From Acidimicrobiales bacterium (GTDB lineage Bacteria; Actinomycetota; Acidimicrobiia; Acidimicrobiales; UBA8190), in contig JBEKVE010000004.1 of assembly GCA_049514335.1 (NCBI GenBank), positions 1 to 59,293 on the forward strand: a DNA stretch of 59,293 nt, given 5' to 3'. A model generated the notes under the pieces. The model saw only the letters and a list, made by a program, of their open reading frames with translations, did no database searches and was not told the DNA's origin. Numbering within the stretch: position 1 is the first letter of the stretch; each line of letters starts with the position of its first letter. Shown one piece after another: positions 45,529 through 58,017 of this stretch. Both the position numbers and the translations under genes were made by a program.

Positions 45529-46635
45529 GTGGTGCGCCCCTTCGGGATCTATGTGCACGTGCCGTTCTGCGCGGCGCGCTGCGACTACTGCGCCTTCGCC
45601 ACCTGGACCGACCGCGACCCGCTCATGGCCGACTACGCCGCGGCCTGCGTGGCCGAGCTCGAGCGGGCCCGGGTGGAAGAAGCACTGCCGCCCGCCACGA
45701 GCGTGTACGTGGGCGGGGGGACGCCGTCGCGACTGCCGGCGCCGCTGCTGGGCGAGATCCTGGCCGCGGTGCAGCGTTCGCCCGGCGCCGAGGTCACCGC
45801 CGAGTGCAACCCCGAGGACGCCTCGGCGGCGCGCTTCGACGCGTGGCGGGCGGCCGGGGTGACCCGGGTGTCCTTCGGCGTGCAGTCCCTCGTCCCCCAC
45901 GTCCTGGCGAGCCTGGGCCGGCGCCACGGCACGGCCGACGTGGCCCGGGCCGTGGCCCTGGCGGGGGAGGCGGGTTTCGGATCCTTCGGCGTGGACCTCA
46001 TCATCGGGGCGGCCGCCGAGCGCGACGCCGACATCGCCGCCACGGTGGAGGCGGTGCTCGCCTTGGAGCCCCGCCCCCCGCACGTGAGCGCCTACCTCCT
46101 CACCGTCGAGCCGGGGACGCCGCTGTGGCGCGACCCGGCACGCCACCCCGACGACGACGCCAGCGCCCGGCGCTACGAGCTGCTGGCCGGCGCGCTGGAG
46201 GACGCCGGGTACCGGTGGTACGAGGTGTCGAACTGGGCGGTGCCGGGCCACGAATGCCGTCACAACGCCCTCTACTGGGCCCAGGGCGACTACCGCGGCA
46301 TCGGCTGCGCCGCCCATTCGCACAGCCGGGGGCGGCGGTGGTGGAACGTGCGCACCCCCGAGCGCTACATCGAGGCGATCCGAGCCGGTCGCAGCGCCAC
46401 GGCCGGCGCCGAGGTCCTCGACGAGGAGCAGCGACGTTTCGAGGCGCTGGCGCTGGCGCTGCGCACCTCGGAGGGCGTGCCCGCCGCCGTGGTGCCCGAC
46501 GACCCCGATCTCGCCGGGCTGGTGGTGCGGCGCGGGGACCGGGCCGTGCTGAGCGTCCGGGGGCGGCTCCTCGCCAACGAGGTCACGGCGCGTCTGCGCG
46601 TGGAGCCTGGCGGGGCGCGCACGGGCGCCCGGTAA
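45529..46635 (+). CDS. hemW: Radical SAM heme chaperone HemW (HemN-like, oxygen-independent coproporphyrinogen oxidase family)
   Basis: The start is GTG 45529 or 45532. The radical-SAM CxxxCxxC motif occurs in [17 protein letters not shown]. Confidence 0.88.
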   Translation: MVRPFGIYVHVPFCAARCDYCAFATWTDRDPLMADYAAACVAELERARVEEALPPATSVYVGGGTPSRLPAPLLGEILAAVQRSPGAEVTAECNPEDASAARFDAWRAAGVTRVSFGVQSLVPHVLASLGRRHGTADVARAVALAGEAGFGSFGVDLIIGAAAERDADIAATVEAVLALEPRPPHVSAYLLTVEPGTPLWRDPARHPDDDASARRYELLAGALEDAGYRWYEVSNWAVPGHECRHNALYWAQGDYRGIGCAAHSHSRGRRWWNVRTPERYIEAIRAGRSATAGAEVLDEEQRRFEALALALRTSEGVPAAVVPDDPDLAGLVVRRGDRAVLSVRGRLLANEVTARLRVEPGGARTGAR

Positions 46636-46646
46636 CCTGCCTGGCC

Positions 46647-47963
<1,317 letters not shown>

Positions 47964-48033
47964 GCACCGGTAGGCTCAGGGGGTCCCCCCGGACCGCCCC
48001 GCCCCGCCCCTTTCGCAGCGCCAGGAGCCCCCC

Positions 48034-51000
48034 ATGCCGTTCGTCTACGACTTCGACCACCGACACCGCCGTCCTCCGATGGAGTTGAAGGACCTCCTCG
48101 GCGGGAAGGGGGCCAACCTGGCGGAGATGACCTCAGTGCTCGGGCTGCCCGTCCCCTACGGCTTCACCATCAGCACCGACGCCTGCCGGGCCTACATGTC
48201 CGGGGGCTGGCCCCAGGGTCTGTCGAGCGAGGTGACGAGGGCCCGCTCCCGCCTCGAGCGCAAGATGGGCAAACGCCTCGGCGACCCGGTGGACCCCCTG
48301 CTCGTGAGCGTCCGGTCGGGGGCCAAGTTCTCGATGCCGGGGATGATGGACACGGTTCTCAATCTCGGGCTGAACGACGAATCGGTCGAGGGTCTCGCCA
48401 AGCAGACCGACGACGAGCGTTTCGCCTACGACTCGTATCGACGCTTCGTCTCCATGTACGGGCGCATCGTGATCGGCATCCCGGGCGAGGCCTTCGACAC
48501 GCTGCTCGACGAGGCCAAGGAGCGGTCCGGGGCGACCGCTGACGCCGAGGTCCCCGTGACCCAGCTGCGCTCCCTCGTCGAGGCCTACAAGCAGATCGTC
48601 CGCAACCACACCGGGAAGGCCTTCCCCCAGGATCCCGATGCCCAGCTGCGCGGCGCCATCGAGGCCGTGTTCGGATCCTGGAACGGGCCTCGCGCCATCG
48701 CCTACCGGGACCATGAGGGCATTGCCCACGATCTCGGCACAGCGGTGAACGTCCAGGCCATGGTGTTCGGCAACCGCGACGACCAGTCGGGGACGGGGGT
48801 GGGCTTCACCCGCGACCCCGCCACGGGTGCCAAGGGCGAGTACGGCGACTTCCTCATCAACGCCCAGGGCGAGGACGTGGTGGCGGGCATCCGCAACACC
48901 GAGCCGCTGTCGGCGCTCAAGGACCGCTTCCCCAAGATCCACGCCGAGCTGCTTGGAATCTTCGGCCGGCTGGAGCGCCACTACCGCGACATGTGCGACA
49001 CCGAGTTCACCATCGAGCAGGGCAAGCTGTGGATGCTGCAGACCCGCGTGGGCAAGCGCACGGGCCGCGCCGCGTTGCGCATGGCGGTGGAGATGACCAA
49101 GGACCCCGGCATCCGCCTGACGCGGGCCGAGGCCGTCCGGCGGGTGAACGGCGACCACCTCGAGCAGGTGCTGCACCCGCAGTTCGCCGATCTGCACCAC
49201 GACGTGCTCACCAGGGGGCTCGGGGCGTCTCCGGGTGCGGCTGTGGGGCGCGCCTACTTCACCGCCGATGACGCCGAGGCTGCGGCACAGCGCGGCGAGC
49301 GCGTGGTGCTCGTGCGCAGCGAGACATCGCCCGAGGACGTCCACGGGATGTTGGCGTCGCAGGGCGTGCTCACCGCCCGAGGGGGTCTCGTGTCGCACGC
49401 AGCCGTGGTGGCACGCGGCTGGGGGAAGCCGGCCGTGGTGGGGGCCGAAGCCATCCGCATCACCGGCTCCTCCTTCCGGGTGGGCGACACCGTCGTCCAC
49501 GAGGGTGACTGGATCTCGCTCGACGGCACCGCCGGCGAGGTCGTCCTGGGCCAGGTGGCGCTGTCGGAGGCGAAGCCCTCGGCCGAGTCCGAGGTTCTCC
49601 TGGCGTGGGCCGACGACATCCGCAAGGGCCATCTCCAGGTGCGGGCCAACGCCGACAACGGGCCCGACGCCGCCAACGGCCGCCGCATGGGGGCGGAGGG
49701 GATCGGCCTGTGCCGCACCGAGCACATGTTCCTGGCCGAGGACCGGCTGCCGATCGTGCGTCGCATGATCCTGGCCGAGGACGCCGCCGCCGAGGACGCC
49801 GCCCTCGAGGAGCTGCGCGTCGCCCAGCGTGTCGACTTCATCGAGATCCTCCAGGCCATGGACGGCCTGCCCGTCACGGTTCGGCTGCTCGACCCGCCGC
49901 TGCACGAGTTCCTCCCCGACACCAGCGAGCTCGCCATCAAGGAGGCGACGGTCGGGCTCGACGCCGAGGAGCAGGCGCTGTACGACGCAGCCCGGCAGTG
50001 GCACGAGTTCAACCCCATGCTCGGCACCCGGGGGGTGCGCCTGGGCGTGCTCAAGCCCGGCCTCTACGCCATGCAGGTCCGCGCCCTCATGGAGGCGGCC
50101 ATCCACCAGGTGGCCGCAGGGGGCAAGCCGATCATCGAGATCATGATCCCGCTGACGGTGTCGCGTGCCGAGATGGCGCTTGCCCGGAGCTGGGTGGAAG
50201 AGGCGGTCGCCACGGCCGTGGCGACCGCCCCGGCGGGGACGGTGCGGGGTACCGGGGCGCGGTCGGGCTCGAAGAGCCTGCACGTCATCATCGGCACCAT
50301 GATCGAGACACCGCGCGCCGCGCTGCGCGCCGGGGAGATCGCCGAGGTGGCCGAGTTCTTCTCCTTCGGCACCAACGACCTCACGCAGATGACGTTCGGC
50401 TTCAGCCGCGACGACGTCGAGGGGCGCATGATGACGGCGTACCTGGAGAAGGGGCTCCTGCCGCACAACCCGTTCGACGTCGTGGACGCCGACGGGGTGG
50501 GGGAGCTCGTCCGCCTGGGTGTGAGCCGGGGCCGCGCCACGCGGCCGTCGCTCAAGGTGGGCGTGTGCGGAGAGCACGGCGGCGATCCCGAGTCCATCGC
50601 CGTCTTCTACGCCGCCGGGTGCGACTACGTGAGCTGCTCGCCCTTCCGTGTCCCCATCGCCCGGCTGGCCGCCGCGCACTGCGCCCTCAACGAGGAGGAC
50701 GAGCGGCGTGGCGCCGGCGGGCGCGCCGGCGCGGCGAAGGCCACAGCGAAGCGGGGGCCGGCCAAGCGGCCGGCTGCCACCAAGCGGGCCGCGGCCAAGA
50801 AGGCCCGGAGCTCGTCGGCTCCTCGGAAGGCCGCACCGGCCCGCAAGGCAGCCGCGCGCAAGGCGGCACCGCGCAAGGCGGCACCGCGCAAGGCGACCAC
50901 CCGGAAGGCGGCAGTCGCCAGGAAGACGGCACCGGTCAAGAAGACGGCTCCGGTCAGGAAGACTGCCGCCCGTAAGGCGGCACCGCGCAAGACCGCCGCC

Positions 51001-51210
51001 CGCAAGGCCGCTGCCCGCAAGGCCGCTGCCACCAGGAAGGCAACCGCCCGCAAGGCGGCGCCCATCAGGAAGGCAACCGCCCGCAAGGCGGCGCCCACCA
51101 GGAAGGCAACCGCCCGCAAGGCGGCTGTCCGGAAGGCGCCGGCCCGGAAGCGGACCACCTCGGCCCGTCGTGGCGCCCCGGCCCGGCGGCCCGCCCGCCG
51201 CTCCCGGTAG
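48034..51210 (+). CDS. ppdK: Pyruvate, phosphate dikinase with a roughly 165-aa C-terminal Ala/Lys/Arg/Pro-rich basic repeat tail
   Basis: The product has LGGKGANLAEM, the phosphohistidine region GGLVSHAAVVARG and the PEP-utilising domain (GICRTEHMF, FFSFGTNDLTQ, VCGEHGGDP). The ORF then continues without a stop through AARKAAPRKAAPRKATTRKAAV...ARRPARRSR. Confidence 0.93.
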   Translation: MPFVYDFDHRHRRPPMELKDLLGGKGANLAEMTSVLGLPVPYGFTISTDACRAYMSGGWPQGLSSEVTRARSRLERKMGKRLGDPVDPLLVSVRSGAKFSMPGMMDTVLNLGLNDESVEGLAKQTDDERFAYDSYRRFVSMYGRIVIGIPGEAFDTLLDEAKERSGATADAEVPVTQLRSLVEAYKQIVRNHTGKAFPQDPDAQLRGAIEAVFGSWNGPRAIAYRDHEGIAHDLGTAVNVQAMVFGNRDDQSGTGVGFTRDPATGAKGEYGDFLINAQGEDVVAGIRNTEPLSALKDRFPKIHAELLGIFGRLERHYRDMCDTEFTIEQGKLWMLQTRVGKRTGRAALRMAVEMTKDPGIRLTRAEAVRRVNGDHLEQVLHPQFADLHHDVLTRGLGASPGAAVGRAYFTADDAEAAAQRGERVVLVRSETSPEDVHGMLASQGVLTARGGLVSHAAVVARGWGKPAVVGAEAIRITGSSFRVGDTVVHEGDWISLDGTAGEVVLGQVALSEAKPSAESEVLLAWADDIRKGHLQVRANADNGPDAANGRRMGAEGIGLCRTEHMFLAEDRLPIVRRMILAEDAAAEDAALEELRVAQRVDFIEILQAMDGLPVTVRLLDPPLHEFLPDTSELAIKEATVGLDAEEQALYDAARQWHEFNPMLGTRGVRLGVLKPGLYAMQVRALMEAAIHQVAAGGKPIIEIMIPLTVSRAEMALARSWVEEAVATAVATAPAGTVRGTGARSGSKSLHVIIGTMIETPRAALRAGEIAEVAEFFSFGTNDLTQMTFGFSRDDVEGRMMTAYLEKGLLPHNPFDVVDADGVGELVRLGVSRGRATRPSLKVGVCGEHGGDPESIAVFYAAGCDYVSCSPFRVPIARLAAAHCALNEEDERRGAGGRAGAAKATAKRGPAKRPAATKRAAAKKARSSSAPRKAAPARKAAARKAAPRKAAPRKATTRKAAVARKTAPVKKTAPVRKTAARKAAPRKTAARKAAARKAAATRKATARKAAPIRKATARKAAPTRKATARKAAVRKAPARKRTTSARRGAPARRPARRSR

Positions 51211-51252
51211 GCGCCCGCCACCACCGGTACTCGCCCGCGGTACCGTCCGGGC

Positions 51253-53140
51253 GTGGCCATCCCCGACGAGGACGTCGCTCGCGTACGGTCAGCCACCGAC
51301 ATCGTGGCGCTCGTGAGCGAGCACGCCGCGCTCAAGAAGCAGGGCACGCGCTGGGTGGGGCTGTGCCCCTTCCACCAGGAGAAGTCGCCGTCGTTCAGCG
51401 TGAACGCGGAGATGGGGGTCTTCCACTGCTTCGGGTGTCAGCGCTCGGGCGACGTCATCACCTTCGTGCGCGACATGGAGCACGTGGACTTCGTGGAGGC
51501 GGTGCAGCGTCTCGCCGACCGGGCGGGCGTGACCATCACCGAGGATCCCTCGGCCTCGGCCGAGCGCCGGCATCGGGCCCCGCTGTTCGCTGCCATGGAG
51601 AAGGCGGTGGACTTCTACCACGAGCGCCTGTTGTCGGCGGCCGACGCCGGACCGGCACGCGACTACCTGCGCTCACGCGGGTACGACGGCGACGTCGTCC
51701 GTCGCTTTCGTCTCGGGTGGGCTCCCGACGACTGGGACGCGCTGGCCCAGGACCTGAAGGTCCCGTCCAAGGTGCTCGTCGACGCCGGGCTCGGTTTCGT
51801 CAACCGCCGTGGCCGACTGCAGGACGCCTTCCGGGCGCGCATCCTGTTCCCCATCTTCGATCCCTCGGGCCGGGCCATCGCCCTGGGGGGGCGCATCCTG
51901 CCCGCGCCGGCCTCGGGAGCCCCGGGTGCGGGCGGGGCGCCGCCGGGGCCCAAGTACAAGAATTCGCAGGACGGCCCCATCTACTCCAAGCGCCGGACCG
52001 TCTACGGCCTCAACTGGGCCAAGCACGACATCGTGGCGAGCGGCGAGGTCATCGTGTGCGAGGGCTACACCGACGTTATCGGCCTGTTCCAGGTGGGCCT
52101 GCCCCGGGCCGTCGCCACCTGTGGCACTGCACTCGGCGAGGACCACTTCCGCCTGCTTGGCAACTTCGGCCGTCGCCTCGTCCTCGCCTACGACGCCGAC
52201 GCCGCCGGCCAGGCCGGCGCGGGGCGGGTCTACGAATGGGAGAAGCGCCACGACGTCGACGTGGCCGTGGCCGCCCTGCCGCCTGGCAGCGACCCCGGCG
52301 ACCTGGCCCGTACCGATCCCGACGCGCTGCGCGCCGCCATCGCCGACGCCCAGCCCTTCTTGGCCTTCCGCGTCGAGCGGGTCCTCGCCTCCGCCGACCT
52401 CCGTTCCAACGAAGGGCGCAACCGGGGGGCGGAGGCCGCCCTGGCGGTGATCGCCGAGCACCCCGGCGAAGGGGTGCGGGACCAGTACCTCATGACCGTG
52501 TCGTCGCGCTGTCGGATCGACGTCGACACCCTGCGCGCCATGGCCGAGCGCGTGGCCCGCGAGGGCCCCGCCCCCGTGCCCGAGGGGTCCCGGCGCGGGG
52601 CTGGGTCGGCTCGACAGGGCGACAGGGCGGACGGGGCCTCCGGGGCGCCACAGGCCCCCAGGGCCCCGTCGGCGGCCAATGGGAGGTCACCGGGGGCCGG
52701 CACGGCCCGCCCGGGCCTCGAGGCTCTACGCCTGGCTGTGCACCGCCCCGAGCTGGTGGTCGACCGCCTCGAGGCGGTGCTGTTCTCCGACCCCTTGCAA
52801 CGGGACGCCTTCGAGGCGCTGGCAGGGGCGCAGGACCTGCACGAGGCAGTCGAGATCGCCGAGCGCAACGACCCCCGTGTCGGCGACCTGCTGCGCCGCA
52901 TGGCGGTTGAGGAACCGTCCGCCGATGCCGATGACGTGGTGGTGACCCTGGTGCGCAATGCCTCGCGGCGGGCCCTGGCCGTGGTGGAGGCGCAGGCCCG
53001 GCTGTCTCCGGAAAGCGTCGACCAGGTCGCACCCGTCATCGCTCGCGTCCGCCGTGACCTCGACGAACTGGACGAACGCGAGGGGGGACTCGTAGCCGCG
53101 GACCGGTTGCTAGCCTGGCTCGTCGGAAGGGACGAGGCGT

Positions 53141-53148
<8 letters not shown>
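51253..53148 (+). CDS. dnaG: DNA primase
   Basis: The zinc finger is [30 protein letters not shown]. The Toprim segment is VCEGYTDVI. The gene lies in the conserved position upstream of rpoD. Confidence 0.95.
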
Positions 53149-54586
<1,438 letters not shown>

Positions 54587-54637
54587 CGGGCGCCGCTGCT
54601 ATCTTCGACGGACCGGGGGCGAACCCGGTGGTCGCAT

Positions 54638-54710
54638 TCCGGGGTAGCTCAATCGGCAGAGCAAGCGGCTGTTAACCGCTAGGTTGAGAGTTCGAGTCTC
54701 TCCCCCGGAG
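54638..54710 (+). tRNA. tRNA-Asn (anticodon GUU)
   Basis: The sequence is TCCGGGGTAGCTCAATCGGCAGAGCAAGCGGCTGTTAACCGCTAGGTTGAGAGTTCGAGTCTCTCCCCCGGAG. It forms a full cloverleaf with anticodon loop CTGTTAA. Confidence 0.92.
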
Positions 54711-54805
54711 CAGGTTCCCCCGGGCCGGCCTCTTCCCCGAGCGCATGCCCGGCGTGCCCACCCCCGCTACGCTCCGAGCCGCCCGGGACGCGTCCGGCGG
54801 GCGCT

Positions 54806-54848
54806 GCGGGGCCGTAGCTCAGTGGTCAGAGCAGGGGACTCATGATCC
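54806..54848 (+). pseudogene. Truncated tRNA-Met copy (5' half only), the left attachment-site repeat of the integrated element
   Basis: 42 of 43 nt are identical to 58016-58058 (gcGGGGCCGTAGCTCAGTGGTCAGAGCAGGGGACTCAT[G/A]ATCC). No T-arm or 3' acceptor strand follows. Confidence 0.85.
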
Positions 54849-55604
54849 GATCTAGGCACAAATCGGACTCTGTCGGACCAGATGTCAGCCGCTGTGACCT
54901 GCAACCCAGTAGGCCGGTCCCGACCCCAGACGATGTAAGTCGGCGCGAAGACAAGGGCGAGAGTAGGGCGAGAGTGGGGGTCAACCCCGCAGGGATTCAA
55001 TCCCCGGGTCTGGTCCTGGTCAGAACCGCTAAAGGGATTCCGGCACGCCTAAGCGCCCTACTGTTCGTCGTCGGGACCTCTCCGGAGGCATAGCCCCCTA
55101 CTTTCGCCCTACTCCGGTTCGCCACGGCACCGCTCTCAACCCTCCTGCTTCTCCTCCGAAGGCGCCTCACGGGCCCTAAGACGGGGGACAGCGCCCCGTG
55201 GCCCACACACGGCGGCGGTTCGCCCCCCTGTTTGAATCGGGTCCGGTGCGCGCCGATGGTGATGTTGCAGGAGTTACACGGCGTGAGCAAGTGACCGCAA
55301 ACCCCGCGTGAGAGGGGGACGCAAAAGCCACGGGACTCGATGAGTCAGCCGGGCTGCCGAACTGGCAGGGGCCCGGGTGGAGCGCCTAGCCCCGACGCGC
55401 CTGTGCGCAGCCCGGCTCCGCAAGGGGGGAGCGACCAGAGGGGAGCGGACCCGACCACGGATCTTCGGTGACAGTTTCGGCTGCCGGAGTGGCATCTGCG
55501 ACTGCCTCGTAGGCCGCACGCTGCACCGCAAGTGCAAAGCGCCTACTGATTGACGGCAAGCAGGTGGATCAATAGCGTCCCCAGTGACGTGCGGGGGTGA
55601 CGCG

Positions 55605-56231
55605 ATGATTAATCGTCTGTGTTTGATTCGACCTGCGGGAGCCGATCGCCTGCGAAGCGGTGGGCGACGGAGCCTCTCTCGCCTCGCCAAGCTGGGCGCA
55701 ACCGCCGCGATTGTTGCTTCGGTGATCGGCGTTACGACCGGGACGGCCGAGGGACTGGTCAATCTCAGCGTGACGGAACACGTGGGCCATTCAGGGACCA
55801 TGAATGCGGACGTCATGCTCTCCAACTGCGTCGCCACTCCGGGCCAGAATCCAACGGTCGCGGTATGCGTCAAACCTGCAAATGGACTGGGAACACGGTT
55901 CTACTGTGTGTCGCCAGGCCAGACCATGGTCAGCGTACGTACACCTGCGGGCGAGAGGGCACTTCACACCGTGACTTGCACCACGGGTCTGCGAAATGAC
56001 CTATGGCCAAGAGCGATTTCAGCGCGCGGGAGTTGGACCCACACGGTCTTTGCGCGCTCAGGTTGGACGTTATCGGGGTGCGCACCGTCAGCGGGTTTCG
56101 CGTGTACCCCAGGAGCAGACAACTCATTTAGGGCGACATGCGACGCTGCGAACAACACGACCGGCACGTTGAGCATAACCGGATCGATCGCTTCCGTACG
56201 AATCTCATGGGCCGTGGTCTGCGTAGCTTGA
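55605..56231 (+). CDS. Hypothetical Cys-rich secreted protein (element cargo)
   Basis: The product begins MINRLCLIRPAGADRLRSGGRRSLSRLAKLGATAAIVASVIGVTTGTAEG, an RR-containing signal-like N terminus. The mature part has eight Cys. I do not recognise a family. The start is ATG 55605 or GTG 55584. Confidence 0.55.
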   Translation: MINRLCLIRPAGADRLRSGGRRSLSRLAKLGATAAIVASVIGVTTGTAEGLVNLSVTEHVGHSGTMNADVMLSNCVATPGQNPTVAVCVKPANGLGTRFYCVSPGQTMVSVRTPAGERALHTVTCTTGLRNDLWPRAISARGSWTHTVFARSGWTLSGCAPSAGFACTPGADNSFRATCDAANNTTGTLSITGSIASVRISWAVVCVA

Positions 56232-56391
56232 GTGCAAGACTGCACCCCTGACTTGACCGGGCAGGGCCGGGGGTTGGGAGACACCAGGACCCCCAACCCA
56301 CCCGATCAGGGCTCAACGTGCGCAGGATGGACGCACGGAACCTTCTAATGTTGCGCTACAGCGACGCACGCACACACAGACCTGGGCGAGC

Positions 56392-56424
56392 GGTGCTGAC
56401 GGACCCGTCAGAGACGTCAGCACC
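56392..56424 (-). terminator. 10-bp hairpin downstream of the minus-strand int-orf75 unit
   Basis: The sequence is GGTGCTGACG-n13-CGTCAGCACC. It lies 15 nt after the stop of ORF 56439..56666. Confidence 0.45.
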
Positions 56425-56438
56425 GCCCGCGAGAGCGA

Positions 56439-56666
56439 TTAAGGGACGGGACGCCACCGCCTGGTGACGTGTCGCCCCAGCACCGGATCCCGCATACGAT
56501 CTTCGCCCGTGCCCAACATGGTGGACACCGCGTCAATCTCAGCGATGAGGCTGTCGATCTTTCGGCGGTCGGCCAGGTCCGACAGGATCCGCTGCAGCTG
56601 CTTCGTGCAGTCATCCAAGCAGATTGTCCTGCGCGAGTGACGAAAAGGTCGGATCTTTTTTTGCAC
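56439..56666 (-). CDS. Hypothetical 75-aa protein downstream of the integrase
   Basis: It starts with ATG and lies 24 nt after the integrase stop on the same strand. The product reads MQKKIRPFRHSRRTICLDDCTKQLQRILSDLADRRKIDSLIAEIDAV.... No motif is recognised. Confidence 0.4.
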   Translation of the reverse strand: MQKKIRPFRHSRRTICLDDCTKQLQRILSDLADRRKIDSLIAEIDAVSTMLGTGEDRMRDPVLGRHVTRRWRPVP

Positions 56667-56690
56667 CGTCGAAATGAGAGCCGGATAGCC

Positions 56691-57923
56691 CTACCGGCTG
56701 AGCGCCTTGCCCAGGATGCCCGCAGCGGCCCGGTCCCGTTCCGGTAGGGCATGGGCGTAGCGGTTCAGGGTCATGGTCGTTTGGGCGTGTCCATGGCGTT
56801 GAGCGACGGTACGGACGTCAATACCAGCAGCGATCAGTGTCGTGACGGAGAAGTGCCGCAGGTCGTGGAACCGGAACGGCCACCGTTCGCTCACCGGCAG
56901 GTCTTCAACATCGATCTTCCGGCGGTTCGCTTCCGCCTTCTCGATCGATGAGCACAGCGTCGCGAAGCGATGCGTGATGGTGTCTGGGTTGGTGGGCCTG
57001 GCTCCGTTAGCGTTGTAGCTGAGGACATAGGGATCATCAACCAGCGCTGACTCCGCCTTCTGGGCCAGAACGGTCATGTAAGCCCAGCGCTGGCGAAGAA
57101 CACCAAGCGCGACATCGTCCAGTGCAACGTCGCGTGTCTGGTGCGTTTTCGTCGACCCCTCATGGGTGATGCCGTCAACCACGGTGATCGCCCGTTGAAT
57201 GTTGACTGTGCCCAGGGTCATGTCGATGTCCGACCATCGCAGCGCCACCAACTCACCCCTGCGGGCGCCGGTGAGCGCCGCCAGTGCAATGGCCGTGGCC
57301 AGAACCGGGTCGTCCTTTTCGGCGGCTTCCACTAGCGCTGACAACTGGTCTGGGGTCGGCACCTTCATCGGCGCTGACCGAACCGGTGGGGGAGACGCCT
57401 GGTCGGCTGGATTACGGTCGATCCATCCCCACTTGAGCGCCTGATGGAGCGCTGCCGCCAGGATGGCGTGGTTCTGGCGAACGGTGGCCGTGGCCAGTGG
57501 ACGCGCCAACCACTGGGCGTAGCAGGCGTCGAGGCTGTCGGCTCCAAGCTTGGCCAAGGGGACGTCGCCCAGAAGGGGGCGGATGTCGTGCTCAATCTTT
57601 CGCTTGTACCCCAGGATCGTGGACGGCTTGCGTACCGGCTCAATCTGCTGGATCCAGCGGTCCAACAGCTGTCCGACCGTGGCGGAGGTCCGGTCCACCT
57701 GTCCCGTGTCCACGTCCCCCTCTAGGGTCCGAAGGCTCCTCCCCGCCGCTGTCTCTGACCCGTGAAAGATCTTCTCGACCTGACGGGGTCGGCCGGACAC
57801 GGGGTCACGACCCACGAACGCCCGGAGCCGCCACACTTGATGCGGGGCCCGGGCGGCATCGCACATGCAGCGGGGTTTCTTCTCGACAATGCTGCCCGTG
57901 CCGTAGGATCGCCGCCTTGCCAT
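56691..57923 (-). CDS. int: Tyrosine-type site-specific recombinase (phage integrase family)
   Basis: The N-terminal SAM-like and core-binding region includes VGQLLDRWIQ.... The catalytic region reads ...GARRGELVALRWSDID...HDLRHFSVTTLIAAGIDVRTVAQRHGHAQTTMTLNRYAH, giving the R..HxxR..Y pattern. Confidence 0.93.
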   Translation of the reverse strand: MARRRSYGTGSIVEKKPRCMCDAARAPHQVWRLRAFVGRDPVSGRPRQVEKIFHGSETAAGRSLRTLEGDVDTGQVDRTSATVGQLLDRWIQQIEPVRKPSTILGYKRKIEHDIRPLLGDVPLAKLGADSLDACYAQWLARPLATATVRQNHAILAAALHQALKWGWIDRNPADQASPPPVRSAPMKVPTPDQLSALVEAAEKDDPVLATAIALAALTGARRGELVALRWSDIDMTLGTVNIQRAITVVDGITHEGSTKTHQTRDVALDDVALGVLRQRWAYMTVLAQKAESALVDDPYVLSYNANGARPTNPDTITHRFATLCSSIEKAEANRRKIDVEDLPVSERWPFRFHDLRHFSVTTLIAAGIDVRTVAQRHGHAQTTMTLNRYAHALPERDRAAAGILGKALSR

Positions 57924-58017
57924 CGTCTCTGTTTCCTCCCTGCTTGCGCACTGGTGAGTCTGCCAGAAGTAGGGCGACAGTAGGGGCGGTGGCAGGTGGC
58001 GGGACGAAAGTCCAGGC

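Noticed and set aside
50625-51347. A 240-aa minus-strand ORF lies opposite the PPDK tail, and a 222-aa plus-strand ORF lies out of frame with it. Either could have been a separate basic protein gene.
   Set aside because: Any frame of this Ala/Arg/Lys-coding repeat gives open low-complexity ORFs. The PPDK frame enters the region without a stop and has the GC3-rich codon pattern (aag, cgc, gcc, ccg).
54842-55873. Track ORFs of 83 aa (+), 97 aa (-) and 199 aa (-) lie inside the integrated element. They could have been an excisionase or regulator.
   Set aside because: They show no HTH or other motif and no plausible start context, and they overlap each other. I treat them as non-coding or decayed sequence pending a homology search.
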